A stretch of DNA of 55,827 nucleotides from Patescibacteria group bacterium. Its GTDB lineage: Bacteria > Patescibacteriota > Patescibacteriia > Patescibacteriales > UBA12465. The translations under genes were made by a program, and so were the position numbers. Below the pieces are notes generated by a model. That model was not told the origin of the DNA, ran no database searches, and saw only the letters and a program-made list of their open reading frames with translations. Positions 1-7,997 of this stretch are shown piece after piece (within the stretch, counting starts at the first letter, position 1; each line of letters starts with the position of its first letter). The DNA is taken from positions 1 to 55,827 of the forward strand of contig JAQICS010000038.1 of assembly GCA_027858435.1 (NCBI GenBank), given 5' to 3'.

Positions 1-16
1 TACAAAAGGCGTAGTG

Positions 17-1549
17 TCATAAGCTATGACATAATCCATTCCCTGCGGGAAAAAAGTCTCTAGTTCTTCTGTTATACTCATTTATCTTTTTATTATACTC
101 AGAAACTAAATTTTCATAACTAATTATCTTTTCATTGTATTCTTTAACTTTCTCATTATACTCAGGTAATAAGTTATTATACTCCTCTATCTTTTCTTGA
201 TCTTCTAAATTATTTAACTCATCCTTTAACTCACTTACCTGACTTTCAAGAGCTGATACTCCTTGATAAAGAGACTCAATTTCAATATCTATTCCGCTTA
301 AATAGTTATCAAGAGTAATTAATTCTTCAGCCTCAGTAAATATTTCCTTAGCTCCTAAATACATATTCCCTTCTCTTGCTTGAAAGACATTCATTTCACC
401 TAAGTGAGTAGCTGAAGAAATATCGCTAAAATTAGAACTATCTGTTTGAGCTTTTCCATCATCCATACTATTTGGTACAACTGCGAACGGAAAATAGTTA
501 GTAGTTTCAATGAAGCAATAGCCAGAGTTATTAACTGAATATTCTTGTTTACAACTAATACCAAGAGCTGAATGGTTAGCTTCAGGAAAATCTAAGATTG
601 CTGAGCCATAACCTAGTTCTCTTAGAATCATTATTCCCAAAAATGTCTTATCAGAACACACTCCTTTGTTAAGGTATAGGGTTTCATAGGGGTAGTATGG
701 GTTGGTATTAACAAGAGATGATGATACTTTAGCAAAATCATAAGGAATATATTGAACAAGTGAAATAATAAACTCAGCAAACTCATCATCAGTTAAATTT
801 AAGCCAGCACTTAACTCTCTTGCTTTTAAAATAATATCACTTATAGAATCATCACTACCGGCACTCTTAAAAAAGATGGCATAGAACTCTTCACGTAGAT
901 CTGCCGGAGGATTGTTTTTATAATAACTTATGGACTTCTTCTTATTGCTATAGTAGTTATATAAATCTGAGTTGAGATTTAAATCTAGGGTATAATCATT
1001 ATTACTATATTTAAAAGAATAATTTCTTTTAACAACACTGCCATTATCACCTATTTCGTCTCCCTCAACTTCTTCTATCGAATTAATTTTTGCTAAATCA
1101 CTATTTGTAATACCTAACCCCAAGGTTCTCATAACATTAAAGGCATCAGCTGGTCTTCTTAAATAGACAAGTTCTAGGTTTTCAGGATTAACATAAAAAG
1201 CCTGCCCTTTATCTTCTGCTTTAATTAAGATACGACCGGAAAGACGACTTGGCGCTTTAGTTGATATAAATGAGTCTATATCATTATTTGATACACCAAG
1301 TCCTAAGCTTCTCATTAAATTAAAAGCATCAGCTGGTCTTCCAAGATAATATCTAACTTCATTAAGTGGATTTAAATACCAAGCTTCTCCGTTTTCTTCA
1401 ACTTGTAAAAGAATTCTTCCCGCTAAAGGATTATCACTAGCTAAAGAAGAATGCTTATTTACAAAAAACAATAAAAGAAAAGAAAAAAATATAATCAATA
1501 AAGATATATTAAATATTTTTTTTCTTTTTAATTTATTATTATCTTTCAT
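17..1549 (-). CDS. secreted or membrane-anchored transglutaminase-like (papain-fold) protein with two N-terminal ~53-aa modules and a C-terminal coiled coil
   Basis: 510-aa ORF with ATG start and a hydrophobic N-terminus (LLIIFFSFLLLFFV). Two repeats: LAGRILLQVEENGEAWYLNP..GRPADAFNLMRSLGLGV and LSGRILIKAEDKGQAFYVNP..RRPADAFNVMRTLGLGI. KGVCSDKTFLG...ANHSALGI...CFIETT resembles a transglutaminase-like Cys/His/acid core. The tail is heptad-like (EYN/KEYN). Confidence 0.6.
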   Translation of the reverse strand: MKDNNKLKRKKIFNISLLIIFFSFLLLFFVNKHSSLASDNPLAGRILLQVEENGEAWYLNPLNEVRYYLGRPADAFNLMRSLGLGVSNNDIDSFISTKAPSRLSGRILIKAEDKGQAFYVNPENLELVYLRRPADAFNVMRTLGLGITNSDLAKINSIEEVEGDEIGDNGSVVKRNYSFKYSNNDYTLDLNLNSDLYNYYSNKKKSISYYKNNPPADLREEFYAIFFKSAGSDDSISDIILKARELSAGLNLTDDEFAEFIISLVQYIPYDFAKVSSSLVNTNPYYPYETLYLNKGVCSDKTFLGIMILRELGYGSAILDFPEANHSALGISCKQEYSVNNSGYCFIETTNYFPFAVVPNSMDDGKAQTDSSNFSDISSATHLGEMNVFQAREGNMYLGAKEIFTEAEELITLDNYLSGIDIEIESLYQGVSALESQVSELKDELNNLEDQEKIEEYNNLLPEYNEKVKEYNEKIISYENLVSEYNKKINEYNRRTRDFFPAGNGLCHSL

Positions 1550-1570
1550 TTTTGTTTTTAGTAATATTTA

Positions 1571-2260
1571 CTATTTATATTCTGAATTAGCTAAAGTGAT
1601 AAATAGGTCTTTTTTAGGTGGCCTTGGTAAATGATTTACATCGTTTACAAAAGAAATTTTAATGTAGCCATCATCATCAATAATAATTTTAGAAATTGAA
1701 GATTGAAATATTTCCATTGATAGAAAACCAATAATATCAGCATTGAGTATTCCAGTTAGAAGACTTTTAATGAAATTACCATGTGAGAAAATTGCTACCT
1801 TCTTTCCTTTGTTTTCTTTATATATTTGAGCAATTACTGGTCTAACATCAGCTTGAATTTTATCAAGTTGCTTATCCAGTCTTTTATGTCCTTTAAATTT
1901 TTTTTTACGCAGATCCTCAGACATATTAAAGTATTTAATATTTACCCAATGACTCCAATGAATTTCATTTAAACCTTCTTCGATACAGGCTTCGGATTTA
2001 GTTTTCTTTAAATAAAGGACAGCTGTTTCTTTAGCTCGTCTTATATCACTGGTATACACTTTATCTATTTTCATTTTTATTAATCTTTCAGTTAGATGTT
2101 TTCTTTGAGTCTTTCCATTTTTAGAAAGAGGCATATTATCACCCAGTTTATCTTGCTGGTTGTAATCAGGATTACAATGTCTAATTAAAAGAATCTCGGT
2201 AAAAGGAGACTTTCTCTTACTTTGTGTTTTAGAGTATGGAGTTGGGCAATTTTTTGGCAT
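1571..2260 (-). CDS. histidine phosphatase (phosphoglycerate-mutase-like) family protein
   Basis: 229-aa ORF with an LLIRHCNP (RH catalytic motif) near the N-terminus and a later FSHGNFI motif. Confidence 0.65.
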   Translation of the reverse strand: MPKNCPTPYSKTQSKRKSPFTEILLIRHCNPDYNQQDKLGDNMPLSKNGKTQRKHLTERLIKMKIDKVYTSDIRRAKETAVLYLKKTKSEACIEEGLNEIHWSHWVNIKYFNMSEDLRKKKFKGHKRLDKQLDKIQADVRPVIAQIYKENKGKKVAIFSHGNFIKSLLTGILNADIIGFLSMEIFQSSISKIIIDDDGYIKISFVNDVNHLPRPPKKDLFITLANSEYK

Positions 2261-2272
2261 ATTTTTTTAAAA

Positions 2273-2881
2273 TTATTTATATTCTTTATATAATTTAGAA
2301 ACATATTTCCAGTTAATAATATTATTTAAAACATTATCTAAATATTCAGCTCTTTTGTTTTGATAATCTAGATAATATGAATGTTCCCAAACATCTACAC
2401 ATAGAAGTGGTTTCTGATTTTTAATTAAAGGATTGTTTGCATTACTAGTCTTCTCTATTTTAATTTTTCCCTCATCAATCACTAACCAAGTCCAACCACT
2501 GCCAAATTGACTAAGGGCAGTTTTTTTAAACTCAGCTAACATATTTTCACTTGACTCAAAACTTTCTTCAATATCTGTTTTTAACTCTGAACTTATATCT
2601 TCAAGTGAACTATTGTCATTATTTGTTAGAATTTTCCAAAAAAGATTGTGATTAAAAACTTGAGCTGAGTTATTAAACAAAGCCTCTTTTCCATCCTTAT
2701 CAAAAGAGTTTTTAATAATATCTTCTAAACTCATTTCCTCCATCTCAGTTCCTTCAATTAAATTATTTAACTTATTTACATAACCTTGATGATGTTTTCC
2801 ATAATGGAACTCAAGGGTAGAAGATGACATAAAGGGTTCAAGAGCGTTTAGCTCGTAATCTAGGGTATTTAAAGTATGCAT
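2273..2881 (-). CDS. sod: Fe/Mn superoxide dismutase
   Basis: LEFHYGKHHQGYVNKLN and DVWEHSYYLDYQNKRAEYL are the metal-ligand signatures of Fe/Mn SODs. Length is 202 aa. Confidence 0.9.
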   Translation of the reverse strand: MHTLNTLDYELNALEPFMSSSTLEFHYGKHHQGYVNKLNNLIEGTEMEEMSLEDIIKNSFDKDGKEALFNNSAQVFNHNLFWKILTNNDNSSLEDISSELKTDIEESFESSENMLAEFKKTALSQFGSGWTWLVIDEGKIKIEKTSNANNPLIKNQKPLLCVDVWEHSYYLDYQNKRAEYLDNVLNNIINWKYVSKLYKEYK

Positions 2882-2962
2882 AAAGTTATTGTATTAACAT
2901 TTGTAAATTATTCTAACTGTATTATAACAAATTTTTAAACTTTATTCCACACTGGAAATATA

Positions 2963-2991
2963 TTGACAAAAAGTAATAAATATTATATAAT
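2963..2991 (+). promoter_or_regulatory. consensus sigma-70 promoter for the 312-aa orphan ORF
   Basis: TTGACA (2963-2968), a 17-nt spacer, then TATAAT (2986-2991), about 45 nt upstream of the ATG at 3037. Confidence 0.5.
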
Positions 2992-3036
2992 GCACAAGCT
3001 ATATATAGTTATTTAACAACAAAAATTAGAATAAAA

Positions 3037-3975
3037 ATGGAGAAAAGTTCAAAAGAATGCGCTTCAATTGCGTTTGTGGTCGCTAACGACCAAATCAGTG
3101 TTATAAATGCCGCAATTGTGGCAAAATCCGAAAAATTAGTTTCAAATCCTTGTTTTTCGGTAGAGAATATTTTCGTAACTAACTCACATCTTATTTCAGA
3201 ACTGCATTTAAAAGGCTATGACAAAATTTATGTCATTGGTCTTAGCGAACAGAATGTAAATGAGAAAATTATGAAAGGATTTCTGCTGGAAAACTATAAG
3301 AATTTACATTTCTGGTTTAGCCAAAAAAGAGTAAATCAGTCATTAAGAATTCTTTTACAAGAAATCATGCCAGGAAATGTCTACACCGGGATAGATTCAG
3401 AGTCTTTCCTTAGATCTCGCGGGCAAATAGTTTCAGACTATATTAGTCTAATTAACACTTATACGAGTCTTAAAAATAAGAAAGGCTACAAAACAGAGCT
3501 TTCAGACGATTTCAAAAAAGCTCTATATGCTGCCCGGATATATGATCGTTTATTTTCCCAAAAATCTGATTTTAAACCAATCACTCGGAAAACAATGCAA
3601 AAATTGTTTAAAGTTTCGCTTGGTTTTAAGTCAGATTCGATAAACTCAATGATCAAGGCTTATCACGAGATAAGCCTTAATAATCATGAGTCAATGGCGA
3701 TGAAAATAAATCATACGCTACTTGGGAAAATTGAAGTGATTAGACCGAAGGACGACTTGGTGGACAGAAAAATCTTTTTTCAAAACTTAGGACAATTTCC
3801 TGCCATTGCCGTAACCGCGCTTGATAAAGATCATGAAGGTAATATTTTTGAAGTCTGTTTAAACAACAATATGGCTTCAAAGATAAATTGGAAAAAAATT
3901 CCATACCTTGAACGAATCAACGCTTGCCGGTTTTTGGTAAATAAGGACTATGTTCTTGAAAACACTGAAGTTTAG
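3037..3975 (+). CDS. hypothetical protein (orphan, plus strand, appears GC-richer than its neighbours)
   Basis: 312-aa ORF with ATG start, its own consensus promoter and a strong terminator. I recognise no family motif with confidence. Confidence 0.6.
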   Translation: MEKSSKECASIAFVVANDQISVINAAIVAKSEKLVSNPCFSVENIFVTNSHLISELHLKGYDKIYVIGLSEQNVNEKIMKGFLLENYKNLHFWFSQKRVNQSLRILLQEIMPGNVYTGIDSESFLRSRGQIVSDYISLINTYTSLKNKKGYKTELSDDFKKALYAARIYDRLFSQKSDFKPITRKTMQKLFKVSLGFKSDSINSMIKAYHEISLNNHESMAMKINHTLLGKIEVIRPKDDLVDRKIFFQNLGQFPAIAVTALDKDHEGNIFEVCLNNNMASKINWKKIPYLERINACRFLVNKDYVLENTEV

Positions 3976-4018
3976 GAGAAGATTGAAGCGCAATTAAAAT
4001 CCTCTCTCTCCAAGAGGT

Positions 4019-4047
4019 GGCCTGATACAAAATCAGGTCTTTTTTTT
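4019..4047 (+). terminator. intrinsic terminator
   Basis: ggCCTGAT-acaaa-ATCAGGtc stem-loop followed by T8, 44 nt after the stop of the 312-aa ORF. Confidence 0.75.
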
Positions 4048-4082
4048 ATTTAAAAATAGTTAATGATTTATTTATTAAATTC

Positions 4083-4091
4083 TGCTATAAT
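4083..4091 (+). promoter_or_regulatory. extended -10 promoter (TGcTATAAT) of rnhB; predicted leaderless mRNA
   Basis: TGCTATAAT ends at 4091, and the A of the rnhB ATG (4098) is the 7th nt downstream. Confidence 0.4.
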
Positions 4092-4097
4092 ACTATT

Positions 4098-4736
4098 ATG
4101 AATTTAGATATAGAAAAACAATTATTAAATAAGGGATATAACTTTATTGCTGGTGTTGATGAAGCTGGGCGAGGACCTTTGGCTGGTCCAGTTGTCGCTG
4201 CTTGTGTAATTATTGATAAAGATTTTGAAATAAAAGAAGATAGCGAATTAACAAAAGTTACTGATTCTAAAAAATTAAGTGCTAAAAAACGTGAAGAATT
4301 ATTTAAAATAATTAAAGAAAATGTAAAAGCAGTAGAAATTAGTGTAGTTAGTTCAGAAATGATTGATAAAACTAACATCTTGAAGGCCAGTTTAACTGCC
4401 ATGCTAAAAGCCGTGGAAAAATGTGACATTAAAGCCGATTATGTTTTAGTTGATGGTAGTTTTAAAATACCAAAACTTAAAACTGACCAAGAAGCAATTA
4501 AAGGAGGTGACGGCATAGCCTTTACTATTGCCGCCGCTTCAATTATTGCTAAAGTTAGTCGTGACTTTTTAATGACCGAATATGATAAGAAATATCCTGA
4601 ATATGAATTTTCTCGCCACAAAGGCTATGGCACCAAAATTCACATGGAAAAGTTAAAAGAAATTGGACCCTGCCCTATTCATCGTCGAAGCTTTGCACCC
4701 GTTAGAAAAGCATTAAAAAACAAAAAAGAATACTAA
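4098..4736 (+). CDS. rnhB: ribonuclease HII
   Basis: AGVDEAGRGPLAGPVVAA N-terminal catalytic motif; 212 aa. Confidence 0.9.
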   Translation: MNLDIEKQLLNKGYNFIAGVDEAGRGPLAGPVVAACVIIDKDFEIKEDSELTKVTDSKKLSAKKREELFKIIKENVKAVEISVVSSEMIDKTNILKASLTAMLKAVEKCDIKADYVLVDGSFKIPKLKTDQEAIKGGDGIAFTIAAASIIAKVSRDFLMTEYDKKYPEYEFSRHKGYGTKIHMEKLKEIGPCPIHRRSFAPVRKALKNKKEY

Positions 4737-4785
4737 GTATTAATATTATTTATAATTTAAAAGTGGAAAGAATATCTTTTATCAA

Positions 4786-5133
4786 CTAATAAGCCCATTC
4801 TACAACATCTTCTCCGTCAAAAACAATTTTTGAGTCAAATGGATATATCTTAAATCCAATAATTTTTGACTTAAAAGAAGATGTTCTAACTGATCCATAA
4901 ACAACATATTGACCATTTTCTAAATCCCACTCCGATATTCCCCATGATATTCCAGAGGAATTATTTTCATCCACAAATTTTAAAAATTTTTCATTCTGCT
5001 CTAATAAAGCCATGGAACAATTCTCCACATCACTAGGAATGGATAAGTAATCATAACTTCCAACTAATTCTGGATTATCAAAAAGATACTTTCCATTACT
5101 ATGTTGATAATAATACACCCTTAACTCTGTCAC
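4786..5133 (-). CDS. hypothetical protein
   Basis: 115-aa ORF with a GTG start codon (revcomp of cac at 5131-5133). No recognised motif. Confidence 0.45.
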   Translation of the reverse strand: MTELRVYYYQHSNGKYLFDNPELVGSYDYLSIPSDVENCSMALLEQNEKFLKFVDENNSSGISWGISEWDLENGQYVVYGSVRTSSFKSKIIGFKIYPFDSKIVFDGEDVVEWAY

Positions 5134-5147
5134 TGCACTAGAATCTC

Positions 5148-5414
5148 TTATGCAATAATCATTAAAACATTAGCTGATGCCTCATTAACTATAACATTAA
5201 CACAATCACTCTGTTTCTTATTGTCAAAATATGCCTTTATTAAAATATAAATATTTGACTCTTTATGCGACGGACTAATAAAGATATCAAATTTTTTATA
5301 AACATCTCCCCATCTTGATATGGAATATTGACTAAGAATAGAAATCAAACCATCCATTTCCTCATCTGTAAATTCAGGCAAATCAACTATTTCATAAACA
5401 CCATCTTGATTCAT
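5148..5414 (-). CDS. hypothetical acidic protein
   Basis: 88-aa ORF with ATG start. No recognised motif. Confidence 0.45.
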   Translation of the reverse strand: MNQDGVYEIVDLPEFTDEEMDGLISILSQYSISRWGDVYKKFDIFISPSHKESNIYILIKAYFDNKKQSDCVNVIVNEASANVLMIIA

Positions 5415-5646
5415 TAATCTATTATCAAAAACAAAAATAATACCCTTTTAACTCGAAAAACTAGCCCAAAAATGATTCTAAACTCTTAATCGCTTCTTCG
5501 GCCTCCCGCCCTAAAACCTCTCCCCCCTTTTAATTTAGTTGCTTGCTCCTTTAAAGAGTTTAGCAAGCGGCCATATATTTTCGTTTCTAAATCACTAACC
5601 TCGGAACTATCTTTTTTTAACTCCGCCACCGGAAATAATAATTATT

Positions 5647-5934
5647 TTAGAAAATTTTTCTCGCCGATAAATCTTCTTCGTCATCTTCAGGGGGCGTAGT
5701 TATCCTGGAAGGCGTTTTAATTTCCCCATCTTTTTCAATCTCCCGTTGTATCAAATTAAATTCATTTTCTATTTCCGAAAGACGTTGTTTAGATGATTTA
5801 ACAAGCTCCGCACCTTTTTTAATTTTTTCAAGACCAATTTCAAGGTCTATTTCCTCTTGGTCTTCAAACCACGATACTATTCCTCCTAAAGCCTTGAGAG
5901 ACTCAGTTAAATCCTCTTTTTTTTCTTTTGTCAT
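5647..5934 (-). CDS. xseB: exodeoxyribonuclease VII small subunit
   Basis: 95-aa helical protein immediately downstream of xseA (4-nt gap), with an XseB-like LEEIVSWFE...LE.GL pattern. Confidence 0.75.
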   Translation of the reverse strand: MTKEKKEDLTESLKALGGIVSWFEDQEEIDLEIGLEKIKKGAELVKSSKQRLSEIENEFNLIQREIEKDGEIKTPSRITTPPEDDEEDLSARKIF

Positions 5935-5938
5935 ATAA

Positions 5939-7330
5939 TTAAGTTAGATTAATATTTTTAACCTCTGATTTAAAATTGCCATCATAAATTGTAACATCAA
6001 CAAAATCTCCTTTTTTTATTTGATTTAATTTTTTAACTATCGAACCGCGAGAACGAACTATACTATATCCAAGCTTGAGTTGTCTCTCTGGATTACTTGT
6101 ATTTAGTATTTTTTCAAAAGAAATAATTTTTTGTTTTAATTGTTTTATTTTGTTTATTATAATTCGAATTGGATTATCTAAACTAATTTTGGTTTTCTTT
6201 TTCTTTATTGAATATTCCATTTGAATAAAGGTCGGTAATAAAGCCAAATTTACCCTTTTATAAATTAATTTTAATCTGTCTTCAAAACGCCTCCCGTACA
6301 GCACGGGGTATTGATTAATAATTCTTTTAACTTCTTGAATTCTCATCTTAATGGAAGCTGACAACTTGCCAATAGCCTGCTCAGCTTTTTTAAAACTATC
6401 AAATATTGACCGAAATCTATCCCGCATATTTGAATAAGAATTATTAATAAAATTTTTTTTACGCCATATTGCATCTTGAAATACATCAATTATCTTTTGT
6501 TTATATATTTCTAACCTATAGGAAGCTTTCTCCCAAGAATCATTTAAAATATTAGCAGCGGCAGTGGGCGTGGAGACCATTTTATCTGCGACTAAGCCTA
6601 AAAGCGATATATCTCTTTCGTGCCCAACTCCTACTATCACAGGGCATGGAAAATTTGCTATTTCTCTAGCCAAAATTTCATTATTAAACGGGAGAAGCGA
6701 TTCTAATGATCCGCCTCCTCTAATAATCACAAGGATATCAATATTAACATTTATAAAAGTTTTTATGGATCCGTATAATTCTTCAACTGCCGACTGACCT
6801 TCAACCCTTGAATCTATCATGGTAATTTTAAAACCAGATTTTCTTAAATTACTTAAAAAATCCCCCTTAGCGGCCCCGTTATTTGAGGTGATGAGTCCAA
6901 TTCTTTGAACAAATTGCGGGATAGCTCTTTTTCTTGAAACTTCAAATAATCCTTCCACCTGAAGTTGTGCCTTGAGTTTTTCATAAGCTATCTTTAACGC
7001 TCCCTCTCCTACAAGTTCTATTGTTTCTGCATGAAAAGTCAATCTACCACCTGGTTTATAAATTTGTGGCACTCCAGAAACAATTATTTCTAACCCATCC
7101 TCCAATATAACCCCACTAAGCCTATACTGGCTTGTCCACATAATACAACTAAGCACAGCGTTGGCCTCCTTATCTTTAATAGAAAAAAATAAATATCCTT
7201 TTCCTTCTAAGATTTTCAACCCAGAAACCTCACCGATTATTCGTGCGGAAAAATTACGTAATCCATTATTCAAAGAATCGAGATAGTCACTAACAGTAAT
7301 TTGTTTTATATTTTTTTCTTGTTCAGACAT
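5939..7330 (-). CDS. xseA: exodeoxyribonuclease VII large subunit
   Basis: 463 aa with an N-terminal OB-fold-like region (ISVSDYL...GEVS...GH.YF.LKD), a central GLITS..GAA..D...RGGGS core and a coiled-coil tail. Confidence 0.9.
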   Translation of the reverse strand: MSEQEKNIKQITVSDYLDSLNNGLRNFSARIIGEVSGLKILEGKGYLFFSIKDKEANAVLSCIMWTSQYRLSGVILEDGLEIIVSGVPQIYKPGGRLTFHAETIELVGEGALKIAYEKLKAQLQVEGLFEVSRKRAIPQFVQRIGLITSNNGAAKGDFLSNLRKSGFKITMIDSRVEGQSAVEELYGSIKTFINVNIDILVIIRGGGSLESLLPFNNEILAREIANFPCPVIVGVGHERDISLLGLVADKMVSTPTAAANILNDSWEKASYRLEIYKQKIIDVFQDAIWRKKNFINNSYSNMRDRFRSIFDSFKKAEQAIGKLSASIKMRIQEVKRIINQYPVLYGRRFEDRLKLIYKRVNLALLPTFIQMEYSIKKKKTKISLDNPIRIIINKIKQLKQKIISFEKILNTSNPERQLKLGYSIVRSRGSIVKKLNQIKKGDFVDVTIYDGNFKSEVKNINLT

Positions 7331-7362
7331 ATATTAGAAGTATTATTAAATAATACTCTTAG

Positions 7363-7401
7363 AAACAGGCGTCGCCAATTATGTTCCATGGCCTGTTTTT
7401 G
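7363..7401. terminator. hairpin between the DUF4411 stop and the xseA start
   Basis: AAACAGGC, a 20-nt loop, then GCCTGTTT. The T-run is only on the plus strand, so it is a weak terminator for the minus-strand operon. Confidence 0.3.
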
Positions 7402-7424
7402 TTTGAGAATGAGCCTTTATTATT

Positions 7425-7994
7425 TTAATTATTTAACTCAAATTTCAATTCTTCTTTATAAAAATTAAACATAAGGTATGGAAGTTTTTCATATCTTATC
7501 GCCTTTTTCTTACATATTATTGGTATTTTATTAATTGGCTTCGCATCTAAACTCCTACTTTCTTCTGTTATTAAAACAACCTCATCCCTCATCTCCTGTA
7601 ATTTTTGACAATAAGCAATTAAATAAAAGTCAGCAGTCTTATCTCTGTATTCTTGTAATTTTATATCAAGAGCTTCTTTTGACAAAGAATCCACCACTCT
7701 TTTTACTTGATTTTTCTCTATTAACGAATCGACCATCTCCAAAAAATCTGGAGTAATTATCTCTTTCCTAAATCTCTCTATTCCCTTTTCAAAATATTTT
7801 TTTTCTTTAGAAGATATTGTCCAATTTTTCAGTTCCGCAAAAACTTTATCAATAATTATTATTTCTCCGGTTCTAATTTTATCAATAAAAAAATCCAATA
7901 TCTTTTTGCAAATTATGCCACTAAAATTCCTGTCAAAATAATAATATTTTAACATTATGTTTAAACTATTATTGTCTATAACAAATTTTGGCAT
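7425..7994 (-). CDS. DUF4411-family (PIN-like) protein, putative toxin/effector partner of ImmA
   Basis: 189 aa. The N-terminal FVIDNNSL...YYYFD and central ADFYLIAYC...VVLITEE match the DUF4411 pattern (xDxN...YY.fd...aD.flIA.A...vVT.E). The ATG lies 3 nt after the stop of the upstream gene. Confidence 0.7.
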   Translation of the reverse strand: MPKFVIDNNSLNIMLKYYYFDRNFSGIICKKILDFFIDKIRTGEIIIIDKVFAELKNWTISSKEKKYFEKGIERFRKEIITPDFLEMVDSLIEKNQVKRVVDSLSKEALDIKLQEYRDKTADFYLIAYCQKLQEMRDEVVLITEESRSLDAKPINKIPIICKKKAIRYEKLPYLMFNFYKEELKFELNN

Positions 7995-7997
7995 AAC

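Noticed and set aside
4085-4621. Minus-strand ORFs of 114 and 60 aa opposite rnhB
   Set aside because: The RNase HII motifs on the plus strand are unambiguous. The antisense ORFs have no features.
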